DNA of 64,000 nt from Gammaproteobacteria bacterium (GTDB lineage: Bacteria > Pseudomonadota > Gammaproteobacteria > Ga0077536): NCBI GenBank assembly GCA_963662545.2, contig CAXXLL010000002.1, positions 320,001 to 384,000 on the forward strand, read 5' to 3'. Below are positions 1-9,179 of the stretch, piece after piece. The notes under the pieces were generated by a model. The model was not told the DNA's origin. It worked only from the letters and a program-made list of their open reading frames with translations, and searched no databases. The number at the start of each line of letters is the position of its first letter. Position 1 is the first letter of the stretch. The translations under genes were made by a program, and so were the position numbers.

Positions 1-698
1 CGCGAACGCTTGTCCGCCAGCAGCTGCTGCAGGCTGACGACATCCGTCGAAAGTGCGGTGATCTTCTTTTGCGCTTCGTCGATCAGCGCGAGCCTCTTAA
101 TCACGTCGGTGAAGATCGCCGTGGTTTTTTCGAAGCCGTCGGACAGCCGTTTTTCAACCTGACCACCGATCTCTTTCAAACGGTCATCAGTCGCCTTGGT
201 AAGGGCTTCCACTCGCCGACCCAGGTCGGTGGAGCTGCGCAGTAGGGATTCTCCGAGCTGCTTGTGAAGGCTGCCAAAACCCGTCTGCATGCTGTCCTGC
301 AGTGTTTTGAGAGAGCGCGCGTTTTGCTCCTCGGTACGTGTACGGTGTTCGCTCATATTCGAGCTGATCTGCTCGCGGATCTCCCCTAATAATTGAATGA
401 GCTTGGTGCGGTTGTCGCTAAGCCCTTCGTTAACAGCGCCTTTGAACGTATCGAGCTTCGCGCCGACTTGCTCGCGGAGATCCGTCCCGTCCTTGGCAAA
501 CTGGGTCTGCAGTTGTCCGAGACGCTGATCGAGTAATTCGAGCGTGGTTTTTTGCGCGGTGAACGACTGGATCAAGGTTTCGAGTCGGGCATCAGAGGCG
601 GACGGCTGCCCGCTCTTTCGAAACATCACCATCAGCCAACCGACGCCCGCGGCCACGAGGCCAAGCAGGACAGCGAAAACGAGTTCGAGGCCGGTCAT
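1..698 (-). CDS. rmuC: DNA recombination protein RmuC (5' part; runs off the window start)
   Basis: Manual translation from ATG at 698: MTGLELVFAVLLGLVAAGVGWLMV (N-terminal TM) then a coiled coil ending ...VEKRLSDGFEKTTAIFTDVIKRLALIDEAQKKITALSTDVVSLQQLLADKRSR, typical of RmuC. Not in the ORF track because it has no stop in the window. Confidence 0.85.
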   Translation of the reverse strand, partial: MTGLELVFAVLLGLVAAGVGWLMVMFRKSGQPSASDARLETLIQSFTAQKTTLELLDQRLGQLQTQFAKDGTDLREQVGAKLDTFKGAVNEGLSDNRTKLIQLLGEIREQISSNMSEHRTRTEEQNARSLKTLQDSMQTGFGSLHKQLGESLLRSSTDLGRRVEALTKATDDRLKEIGGQVEKRLSDGFEKTTAIFTDVIKRLALIDEAQKKITALSTDVVSLQQLLADKRS

Positions 699-838
699 AG
701 CAAAGTTCGAACTCCAGAGGTGTCGCGATATTTCATCTGAATCTGCCTGTTGCCGGCTGCTATTATCGGAGTAGGCATGCTACCGGCCTGTTCAAAGAAA
801 CTCTGTTTATGGAGTCATCGTCTACCTGAGCCACCATC

Positions 839-1921
839 ATGTCCTCTGGTCATCGCTTGAACAAGCCGCTGAAAGGACGCGGCAGCATTTTATCCCCGGA
901 ACCGCGTTACCTCGGCACGGCGCGCGAAGCGCTCGACGATGGTTGGGGCAGTGCGGATCTGGAACCGGCCCGGCTGCATACCACGGTTACCGAGGAGCGG
1001 ATCCAAGGCATCATCAACCGCAACGAGTCTCCGGATCTGCCCTTTAATTTATCGATCAATCCGTACCGCGGGTGCGAACACGGTTGCGTGTATTGTTATG
1101 CGCGGCCCGCTCATGCATTCATGGATCTTTCGCCCGGGCTCGATTTCGAGAGCCGCTTGTTCAGTAAACCCGGCGGGCCCGAGGTTTTGCGGCGGGAACT
1201 CGCGAAATCGCACTATCGTTGCGAGACAATAGCCTTGGGTGCGAATACTGATGCGTACCAACCGATTGAAAAGCGTCTCAAGATTACTCGGCGCTTGCTG
1301 GAAGTGCTGGCAGAGTGCAACCACCCGGTCACGATTGTATCGAAGTCTGCACTAGTCGAACGCGATATCGATCTGCTGGCGCCGATGGCAGAAAAGAAGC
1401 TCGTGCAGGTCTTCATTTCGGTGACGACGCTCGACCGGGAGTTGGCGCGCAGGATGGAGCCGCGGGCGGCCGCGCCGCAACGCCGCATCGAAACCCAACG
1501 CCGGCTCAATGACGCCGGCATCCCCACGGGGGTGATGTTCGCCCCGGTGATTCCGGCGCTGAATGATCATGAACTGGAAACGATATTGGAGCACGGCGCA
1601 CAGGCCGGCTGCCGATTCGCCGGCTATATCGTGTTGCGATTACCGCGCGAAGTAAAACCGATGTTCAAGGAATGGCTGGCGGCGCACTACCCACTGAAAT
1701 ACGACCGCGTCATGAATCGAATCAGGGATCTGCGCGGCGGACATGAAAGCGACACGCAATTCGGCCGCAGGATGAAGGGGCAGGGCGTGTTCGCCAAGCT
1801 GCTCGCAAAGAGATTTGAGCGCACCTGCCGCGCGCTCGGTATAAACGACTCCCGTTACGAATTGGATACGTCCCTGTTCCGTGCTCCAGGCCGAAATACG
1901 AATCAATTGGAACTTTTTTGA
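839..1921 (+). CDS. Radical SAM protein, PA0069/Rv2578c (spore photoproduct lyase-like) family
   Basis: SINPYRGCEHGCVYCYAR (CX3CX2C), NTDAYQPIE, EPRAAAPQRR, C-terminal QLELF. Confidence 0.9.
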   Translation: MSSGHRLNKPLKGRGSILSPEPRYLGTAREALDDGWGSADLEPARLHTTVTEERIQGIINRNESPDLPFNLSINPYRGCEHGCVYCYARPAHAFMDLSPGLDFESRLFSKPGGPEVLRRELAKSHYRCETIALGANTDAYQPIEKRLKITRRLLEVLAECNHPVTIVSKSALVERDIDLLAPMAEKKLVQVFISVTTLDRELARRMEPRAAAPQRRIETQRRLNDAGIPTGVMFAPVIPALNDHELETILEHGAQAGCRFAGYIVLRLPREVKPMFKEWLAAHYPLKYDRVMNRIRDLRGGHESDTQFGRRMKGQGVFAKLLAKRFERTCRALGINDSRYELDTSLFRAPGRNTNQLELF

Positions 1922-1952
1922 AACGAATTCATTAGCTGATCGCTCGCGATCC

Positions 1953-2636
1953 TCATCGCCGCAGCACCCGGATCCAGCGCCAGAAATTCAGCAGACTCCC
2001 AAGCGAAGCGGACAGATAGGTCAAAGCGCATGCCGTGAGTATGCGCCGCGCCTTCGGCAAATCGTCCGAGGACAGGTAGCCCATGCCGAGAATCGGTAGC
2101 GCGCGCTTGAAGCTCGCGTCCCATTCGACCGGCAGCGTTACGAGGTGGACCATGACCGGCACCAACATCACCGCGACGCCCAAGAGCAGCATGCCGGCAC
2201 CGGCCGACGGCGCACGAGTGAGAACGGTGATGAACGGCATGGCGATCAAGATGAACGAAGCGATGCGCTCGGCGTAAGCGGCGGCGACGGCGAGTTGCGA
2301 GCGGATCCGCAGAGGGCGGTAGCCGATGTGGTGCTGGATGGCGTGTCCGACTTCGTGTGCCGCGACCACGATGGCCGACAAGGAGCGGTGATCGTAGTGC
2401 GCTTCGCTCAAGCGCACCGTGCCCGTCATCGGGTCGAAATGATCGCCCATGCCGTCGTCGGCCTTTTCGACGCCATAGTCTTCCATGTGCGCGTTTTTCA
2501 ACAGGTGTGTGGCGAACTCGGCCCCGGTCCCAGGTATATTCTGGCGTTCGCTGGCGTGGGCTTTCAAAACGTGTCGCGCCCACAGCTGCGGTCCGAAAAT
2601 GACGATCAGCAACAGTAGGAGGAGGGCAATAGCCAT
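1953..2636 (-). CDS. Membrane zinc metallopeptidase (YugP/Zn_peptidase_2-like)
   Basis: DHFDP, VAAHEVGHAIQH (HEXXH), VTLPVEWDASFKRAL, TM segments. Confidence 0.85.
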   Translation of the reverse strand: MAIALLLLLLIVIFGPQLWARHVLKAHASERQNIPGTGAEFATHLLKNAHMEDYGVEKADDGMGDHFDPMTGTVRLSEAHYDHRSLSAIVVAAHEVGHAIQHHIGYRPLRIRSQLAVAAAYAERIASFILIAMPFITVLTRAPSAGAGMLLLGVAVMLVPVMVHLVTLPVEWDASFKRALPILGMGYLSSDDLPKARRILTACALTYLSASLGSLLNFWRWIRVLRR

Positions 2637-2655
2637 GGAAATACCAGCGGTTGCA

Positions 2656-3180
2656 TCAATTGATCGTTGCCGAACCGCTGGTTGCGTCGGCTTGTCCTGC
2701 TGGGTTCGGACCCTCGCCGAGATTCCACTCTGCAGCCTTTAATGCATTATCCATAAGCGCCATAAATGAATGGACGAGATGTGGATTCAATGCCAAGTCG
2801 ATACCATTGCCGCGATCGGGCCCAACCGTGAGAACGATGCTGCCGTCGTTCTTGGGCTGCAGCCGGAATCGTGTTAGCACCAGCGGTTCATCACCCAGCG
2901 GCAGCGATTTATCCTGCGCCTTGTAGGGTGTTTTGAAATCCGCCGCCTGCACCGCCTGCTCTCGTTCGAAGTTGAGCAGCTCCCGTTTTGCCGCGAGATC
3001 CGCCTGTACTTGAATACGGGCTTGCGTGGACAAGGATTCACCGAGGTGGGCGCGTAACACCTTGACAAACCGCCGGGTGAGCCAGAATCGGAACTCCTTA
3101 CTGTCCTGGGTCGACAGGCGCATCAACAATCGATCCTGGCTGGCGACGTAGGTAATCTGGATTTGTTCGAGTTGAGACAT
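2656..3180 (-). CDS. Conserved hypothetical protein
   Basis: 174-aa ATG ORF with protein-like composition (QDRLLMRLST..FWLTRR); ends 19 bp before the peptidase gene on the same strand. Confidence 0.7.
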   Translation of the reverse strand: MSQLEQIQITYVASQDRLLMRLSTQDSKEFRFWLTRRFVKVLRAHLGESLSTQARIQVQADLAAKRELLNFEREQAVQAADFKTPYKAQDKSLPLGDEPLVLTRFRLQPKNDGSIVLTVGPDRGNGIDLALNPHLVHSFMALMDNALKAAEWNLGEGPNPAGQADATSGSATIN

Positions 3181-3403
3181 GGCGTATTTCGTCGACTAGC
3201 GGACCCTCTCGTTCATCATCTCAATGGGTGGGCAACGCGGACAATCCGTGTCCTGACAGCGATCATAAAACACCCCGCCTCGTTCGTATTCCCAAAGACC
3301 TAAATCGTGAATTCGGATCCGGCCTGCTCGTCGCCCGGTTTGCCGATCGCCGGGGCTGGTCGTCATGGCGCGGGATCTCGCGTTGGCCTCGTGCGATTGC
3401 TAG

Positions 3404-3563
3404 CAGCCTGTCGGACTTAGGGAATCGTAGCGAGGCGGTTGGGAGAGCGGTCTGAGAGGTGTCATGGTTTGAGGTGAATAGTGGGTCTATTTAATGAGAA
3501 CCATGGCACATCTGGACCGCTATCCCAACGCCGTAGTAGATTCTTCCTAAGTCCGACAGGCTG
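3404..3563. mobile_element. MITE family B copy 1 (160 bp)
   Basis: TIR CAGCCTGTCGGACTTAGG / CCTAAGTCCGACAGGCTG; CTAG duplicated at 3400-3403 and 3564-3567; internal inverted arms; central AATAG-TGGGT-CTATT. Confidence 0.9.
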
Positions 3564-3624
3564 CTAGGCTGCGCTCCTTTCGCATCGGCGGTTGAGCCGG
3601 CAAGGCAGGGGAACGATCTGATTC

Positions 3625-4752
3625 ATGAACATACGGCTAGAGGCAATGGGCGATTCCCCTCGCGCTCGCTACGAGGCCGATCTGGCGGCTGGCGTCATTA
3701 CGGCGGATGCTGCTCAAAAGGGGGCGGTCGAGTGTCTGGAGCGCACCTATCGTGAATTAGCGGAAAGCGACGAGCAGGCGTCGGGCGGCCTCGTCCATCG
3801 CCTGTTCGGCCGTCGCCGTTCCCGCTGGTTACCGGTGCGCGGCGTCTATTTATGGGGCCGCGTCGGCCGCGGCAAAACGTATATCGTCGACACCTTTTAT
3901 GACTGCCTGGGTTTCAAGGAAAAGCGGCGGATTCATTTCCACAGCTTTATGCGGCGCACGCATGACGCCCTGAAACGATTGCACAACGAACCGAATCCAT
4001 TGAAACGCCTCGCCGCCGAGTGGGCGGCAGAGCACCGGGTGCTTTGCCTTGACGAATTTCACGTGGGCGATATCACTGATGCGATGCTGCTCGCCAAGCT
4101 GTTTGAGGCGCTCCTCGAGCATGGCGTGACTCTAGTCGCCACATCGAACGAAGCTCCTGAGGAGTTGTATGCCAACGGATTGCAGCGTGAACGGTTTCTT
4201 CCCGCTATTGAATTGATCAAGAAACAGCTCGAAGTTTTCGAGTTGAGCGGCGATCTGGATTACCGTTTGCGCGCGCTGGAACAGGCGCCCGTGTATTACC
4301 GGTGTGCGGCGGGCAAAGTGAGGGACAAGCTCGAAAAGAGTTTTTTGGCGATCGCGCCGGAAGCGGGCGCCGCCGCTGTCGAACTTGAGGTCGAAGGGCG
4401 GTGGATCCCGACCCTGCGGCTGGCGGACGGCGTCGTGTGGTTCGCCTTCGAGGTTCTTTGCGGCGGGCCGCGTTCGACCATCGACTATATCGAGATCGCG
4501 CGCTGCCATCACACGGTGATCGTCAGTGACGTACCGCGTCTGGGGCGCGACGATAACGACGCGGCCCGGCGCTTCGTTAATCTGGTCGACGAATTCTATG
4601 ACCGCAACGTCAACTTGATCGTCTCTGCGGAGGCCGAACCGGAGGATCTCTATCACGGGGGCCGCCTCGCGAAGGGATTTTTACGCACCGCCAGCCGGCT
4701 GCGTGAGATGCGGTCCCACGATTACCTTGCCAGGCCTCATATTACGGATTGA
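3625..4752 (+). CDS. zapE: AFG1/ZapE family ATPase
   Basis: GVYLWGRVGRGKT (Walker A), RIHFHSFM, LCLDEF (Walker B), ATSN, GLQRERFLP, RRFVNLVDEFYD. Confidence 0.93.
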   Translation: MNIRLEAMGDSPRARYEADLAAGVITADAAQKGAVECLERTYRELAESDEQASGGLVHRLFGRRRSRWLPVRGVYLWGRVGRGKTYIVDTFYDCLGFKEKRRIHFHSFMRRTHDALKRLHNEPNPLKRLAAEWAAEHRVLCLDEFHVGDITDAMLLAKLFEALLEHGVTLVATSNEAPEELYANGLQRERFLPAIELIKKQLEVFELSGDLDYRLRALEQAPVYYRCAAGKVRDKLEKSFLAIAPEAGAAAVELEVEGRWIPTLRLADGVVWFAFEVLCGGPRSTIDYIEIARCHHTVIVSDVPRLGRDDNDAARRFVNLVDEFYDRNVNLIVSAEAEPEDLYHGGRLAKGFLRTASRLREMRSHDYLARPHITD

Positions 4753-4797
4753 TGCCGGCAAAAATATCTATTAAATTCAATTGCTAATACTATTTAT

Positions 4798-4825
4798 TTG
4801 ACATTTTAAATTATCTAACTATTCT
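4798..4825 (+). promoter_or_regulatory. Putative sigma70 promoter
   Basis: TTGACA-N16-TATTCT inside a very AT-rich tract upstream of the small ORF; a TATAAT also occurs at 4831. Confidence 0.55.
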
Positions 4826-4870
4826 ATCTATATAATTGGTAGATGATTTGTACGGCAATCTGATCACGAG

Positions 4871-5095
4871 GTGCCGGTGTCAGACGAAATGGATATGCAA
4901 CTCGAACCCGTCACGATCAACGAACAGACCATTGCGCGGGCCATCGCGCGCCATTACGGCGACGGCGGTGTTTACATGCCCGACGACGCTAAACGGGTCG
5001 ACGCGATGAAACAGGCGGTCACCAACGGATTCGTCAGTGAAGACGGATTCCTGACCCGCAAGGGGCGGCGTCTGCTGGCGCGAGCCGAATTTTGA
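4871..5095 (+). CDS. Small hypothetical protein (66-74 aa depending on start)
   Basis: ORF lies between a promoter-like AT tract and an intrinsic terminator; C-terminus GFVSEDGFLTRKGRRLL. Confidence 0.7.
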   Translation: MPVSDEMDMQLEPVTINEQTIARAIARHYGDGGVYMPDDAKRVDAMKQAVTNGFVSEDGFLTRKGRRLLARAEF

Positions 5096-5141
5096 TACCT
5101 CCGTGGGTGAGTTGACAGGTCTATCCTGTCACCAGCGTATT

Positions 5142-5171
5142 AGGGCTGCTCTCGCAGCCCTCTTTTTTTTG
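5142..5171 (+). terminator. Rho-independent terminator
   Basis: AGGGCTGC-TCTC-GCAGCCCT stem-loop followed by a T9 tract. Confidence 0.85.
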
Positions 5172-5282
5172 GCATCTCGAAGAAAGCCGGCGCAGGACGG
5201 GTCACTTTGCATGTTTGCCGATTCCGTGTGAGGTACATCGGGCCTGCTCAAGATCCCTTGCACTGACGCCGACAAGAGACTG

Positions 5283-6638
5283 ATGAGCCGAACTATTGTC
5301 GAACGAATGGCCCTTCCGACCGATTTTCCCACCCAAGCCGTGCCGTCGGGGCAGCTCCGCGTCATCATCATCGGTGACTCGCGGTCGGCCATGGCGCGGA
5401 TCCGCCGCATGCTGGCCGAATGCTTTCCCGACGTCGAGGTCACGGAATTCGACCCGGAACAGCAGGGGAAGCCGGGTCCCGATTTCGGTTGGTCGGAATA
5501 CGATGTCGCGTTGATGGATTACCAACTCGGCGTCCACGAGAACGGGCTCGACTGGTTGGAAACCTACCGTAGCTGCCCGGGATTCCCGCCGACGGTATTG
5601 ATGAGTGACGAAGGCGACGAATATATCGCGGCGCGCTCGATCAAACTGGGCGCCTACGATTACATTAAAAAGCAGGATATTACGACCGCGCGGCTGTCCC
5701 AGTTGGTCGGTGCGGCAGTGCATGAAGTTCACGGCCCCTCGTCATCGGATGTGACGCTGCGCGAGGCGCGTGTGTCGCCGCACCTCGCCATTCTGGCACG
5801 GCTCGCGGCGCGTTCCGGCGGGTCTGTAGCGGAGGGCGCCGATGCCGTCGGATATCGTTTCGTTCGCTTGATCGGGCAGGGTGCGAGTTCGAGCGTTTAC
5901 CTCGCTGAGCGTTCCACCGACAGCACAACCCTGGTGTTGAAAGTCATCGATACGGCCGCCATCGCCGACCCGCAGATCGTCGAACGCTTTATCCGCGAAG
6001 CCGAAATCGTAGCGAGCATATCGAGCCCTTACGTGGTGCGTTTCTTTGATCACGGCCTGACCCAGACCTACGGTTACATTGCAATGGAATTCTTCACGCG
6101 CGGCGATCTCAAGCAGCGGATCGAACCCGGTATCGCGTTCAACGATGCCCTGAAATACACTCGGTACATCGCCCGGGGCCTTCACGCTATCCACCAGCAG
6201 GGTATCGTCCATCGTGATCTCAAGCCCGGAAACATTATGTTTCGTGCCGACGACAGTCTCGCGCTCGCAGACTTCGGTATTTCCAAGCGCGACGACCAGC
6301 AGAGCGATCTGACGAATCAGGGCAGCGTGCTCGGCACGCCAAACTATCTCAGCCCCGAGCAGGCGCTGGGGCGCGACGTCGACTACCGCACCGACTTGTA
6401 CAGTGCGGGGGTGGTGCTGTTCGAAATGCTGGCCGGAAGGAAGCCGTTTAGGGCTGACACACCATCAGCACTTGTCTACCAGCATGTCTACGCGGATATT
6501 CCGAACTTGCCCGAGCACGCATCCGCATTCCAGCCGCTTATCAACAGCCTTCTAGCGAAAGACCCGAACGAGCGCATGCCGAGCGCGTACGCTCTGGTCG
6601 CCGCGATCGATCGGCTTCAAAGCAGGCGCGCTGCTTGA
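5283..6638 (+). CDS. Receiver-domain / Hanks-type Ser/Thr protein kinase hybrid
   Basis: N-terminal REC (ALMDYQL, GAYDYIKK). Kinase motifs: IGQGASSSVY, LVLK, HRDLKPGN, DFG, GTPNYLSPE. Confidence 0.9.
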   Translation: MSRTIVERMALPTDFPTQAVPSGQLRVIIIGDSRSAMARIRRMLAECFPDVEVTEFDPEQQGKPGPDFGWSEYDVALMDYQLGVHENGLDWLETYRSCPGFPPTVLMSDEGDEYIAARSIKLGAYDYIKKQDITTARLSQLVGAAVHEVHGPSSSDVTLREARVSPHLAILARLAARSGGSVAEGADAVGYRFVRLIGQGASSSVYLAERSTDSTTLVLKVIDTAAIADPQIVERFIREAEIVASISSPYVVRFFDHGLTQTYGYIAMEFFTRGDLKQRIEPGIAFNDALKYTRYIARGLHAIHQQGIVHRDLKPGNIMFRADDSLALADFGISKRDDQQSDLTNQGSVLGTPNYLSPEQALGRDVDYRTDLYSAGVVLFEMLAGRKPFRADTPSALVYQHVYADIPNLPEHASAFQPLINSLLAKDPNERMPSAYALVAAIDRLQSRRAA

Positions 6639-6666
6639 TCTGAACCGGCGTCATTGACGCCGTCGA

Positions 6667-6695
6667 CTTGAAATCGACCGATCGAGGGACCATTT
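6667..6695 (+). promoter_or_regulatory. Putative sigma32 (RpoH) promoter of lon
   Basis: CTTGAAA-N14-GACCATTT about 50 bp upstream of the lon ATG; matches the CTTGAAA-N13-17-CCCCATNT consensus. Confidence 0.7.
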
Positions 6696-6746
6696 GGATG
6701 GGGAAACCTCTGTGGCCCGTCGGGTATCGATGCCCGCCGAAAGATC

Positions 6747-9137
6747 ATGACTGACGAAGAACCCGAAGTTCTTATTCCCGAAAACACTGCTGATCAGCCG
6801 GGCAGCGTTCCGGCGCGCTTGAGTGAGGTTCTTCCGGATCGCCTGTTGCTCCTGCCCCTCAAGGCACGGCCTTTCTTCCCCGCGCAGACCATGCCCATCG
6901 TGATCGAAGAAAAGCTCTGGCTCGAGACGATCGATCGGGTCGGTGAAACTCCGCACCAATTCGTCGGGCTGGTCTATGCGCGTCACGAAGGCGACGGCGT
7001 TCCGCGGCCGGAGGATTTCGCAATATTCGGAACCGTCGCGCGCATGCACCACCCGATGCGTGATGCAGGGCGCATTCAGTTCATCGCCGAAGGTATCGAG
7101 CGCTTTCGGATCGCGGAGTGGGTCAGCGTCGACCGCCCTTTCGTCGTGCAGGCGGAGTATCCGCGCGCGCGCCAAGAAAACACCCAGGAGATCCGAGCTT
7201 ACGCGCTGGCCATCATCAACAAGATCAAGGAATTGCTGCCGCTGAACCCCTTGTATAAGGAAAATCTGAAAGGATTCCTGGAACGGTTTACGCCGGACGA
7301 CGCTTCGCCGCTGGCTGACTTTACCGCTGCGATGACCAGCGCCGATGCCGAGCAGCTTCAGGAAATATTGGAGACGGTTCCGTTGGGGCGGCGTATGGAG
7401 AAAGTACTGCTGCTCGTCCAGCACGAACTCGAGATCGCCGGCTTGCAGACCGAGATTCAAAAGCGTGTCGAACAGCGGATTTCGGAGCAGCAGCGTGAAT
7501 TTTTTCTGCGCGAGCAACTCAAGGAAATCCAGAAGGAACTCGGCCTGTCCAAGGATGACAAGACGCTGGAACTCGAACGTTTCCGGGAGCGCTTGGAAGG
7601 GCGCGAAGTTCCGGAAGATGCGCAGAAACGCATCGACGGTGAAATGCAGAAATTATCACTTCTGGAGCCGGGATCCCCGGAATACGGCGTGACGCGGAAC
7701 TATCTGGACACGCTGACCGGTCTGCCATGGGGCGTGCACTCCGCTGACCACATCGATCTTGAAAGGGCGCGACGCGTTCTCGACCGCGACCATGCGGGGC
7801 TCGACGACGTCAAGAACCGCATTATCGAGTTTCTGGCCGTGGGCAAGTTGAAAGGCGAAATCGCGGGTTCGATCCTGTTACTGGTTGGACCTCCCGGGGT
7901 GGGGAAAACGTCGGTTGGAAAATCGGTGGCTGCCGCGCTTGGCCGCGAGTTCTATCGGTTCAGCGTTGGCGGAATGCGCGACGAGGCCGAGATAAAGGGC
8001 CACCGGCGCACTTACATCGGCGCCATGCCCGGCAAGTTCATCCAGGCGATTCGCGAAACCGGCGTGGCGAATCCGGTCATCATGCTCGACGAGATCGACA
8101 AGATAGGTGCCTCTTATCAAGGCGATCCCGCATCCGCGCTGCTCGAAGTGTTGGACCCCGAGCAAAACGCCGGCTTTCTCGATCATTACCTCGATGTCCG
8201 CTTCGATCTGTCCAAGGTGCTTTTCATATGCACCGCTAACCAGCTCGACTCTATTCCGCGTCCCTTGCTGGACCGCATGGAAACACTGCGGCTGTCCGGT
8301 TATCTCACGGCGGAAAAAATAGCCATCGGCCGCCGGTTTCTCTGGCCCAAGCAGCGTGCGAAAGCGGGGTTGACCGCCGCCCAGGCCAAGGTCAGCGACG
8401 GCGCATTAAAGGGTATCGTCGAGAACTATGCCCGCGAGGCCGGTGTCAGGGGCCTCGAGAAGCAGTTGGGCCGGATTGCGCGCAAGGCCGTGATGGAAAC
8501 CCTGCGCAAGGACTCGAAACCGATCTCCGTAACGGGGAAGAACCTGCAGGAATTCCTGGGCGCACCGATTTTCCGCAAACAGGTTCCCCAGCGCGGCGTC
8601 GGTATCGTGACGGGGCTTGCCTGGACCGCCATGGGCGGCGTCACGCTTGACGTGGAAGCAACACTGGTCCACACCAAGAACCGGGGCTTTAAGCTGACCG
8701 GGCAGCTCGGCGAGGTCATGCGCGAGTCGGCCGAAATCGCCTACAGCTACATCGCGTCAAAGCTGGCACGCTTTGATGGCAATCCGGAATTTTTCGACCA
8801 GGCCTTCGTGCACCTGCACGTCCCGGAAGGCGCAACCCCGAAAGACGGTCCGAGCGCCGGAATCACCATGGCGACGGCGCTGTTATCGCTGGCGCGGGAT
8901 CAGAAACTACGCGGTCAGGTAGCGATGACGGGCGAAATCACCTTGACGGGACGCGTGCTGGCGGTCGGTGGGATCCGGGAAAAAATCATTGCGGCGCGCC
9001 GCTCGGGCATCAAGGAAATCATCCTACCTGAAGCCGTTCGCGGTGAGTTCGAGGAACTGCCTGAATACGTCCACAAGGGCATGACGATTAACTTCGTCTC
9101 GCGATATGAGGAGGTCGCTGCGCTCGTATTCAAGTGA
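6747..9137 (+). CDS. lon: ATP-dependent Lon protease
   Basis: LON N-domain, GPPGVGKT, GHRRTYIGAMPG, DEIDK, PKDGPSAG (catalytic Ser), GGIREK. Confidence 0.97.
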   Translation: MTDEEPEVLIPENTADQPGSVPARLSEVLPDRLLLLPLKARPFFPAQTMPIVIEEKLWLETIDRVGETPHQFVGLVYARHEGDGVPRPEDFAIFGTVARMHHPMRDAGRIQFIAEGIERFRIAEWVSVDRPFVVQAEYPRARQENTQEIRAYALAIINKIKELLPLNPLYKENLKGFLERFTPDDASPLADFTAAMTSADAEQLQEILETVPLGRRMEKVLLLVQHELEIAGLQTEIQKRVEQRISEQQREFFLREQLKEIQKELGLSKDDKTLELERFRERLEGREVPEDAQKRIDGEMQKLSLLEPGSPEYGVTRNYLDTLTGLPWGVHSADHIDLERARRVLDRDHAGLDDVKNRIIEFLAVGKLKGEIAGSILLLVGPPGVGKTSVGKSVAAALGREFYRFSVGGMRDEAEIKGHRRTYIGAMPGKFIQAIRETGVANPVIMLDEIDKIGASYQGDPASALLEVLDPEQNAGFLDHYLDVRFDLSKVLFICTANQLDSIPRPLLDRMETLRLSGYLTAEKIAIGRRFLWPKQRAKAGLTAAQAKVSDGALKGIVENYAREAGVRGLEKQLGRIARKAVMETLRKDSKPISVTGKNLQEFLGAPIFRKQVPQRGVGIVTGLAWTAMGGVTLDVEATLVHTKNRGFKLTGQLGEVMRESAEIAYSYIASKLARFDGNPEFFDQAFVHLHVPEGATPKDGPSAGITMATALLSLARDQKLRGQVAMTGEITLTGRVLAVGGIREKIIAARRSGIKEIILPEAVRGEFEELPEYVHKGMTINFVSRYEEVAALVFK

Positions 9138-9179
9138 AAATTTGCGACCTCTGTGGGTACCTATATGCTCCACTACCAG

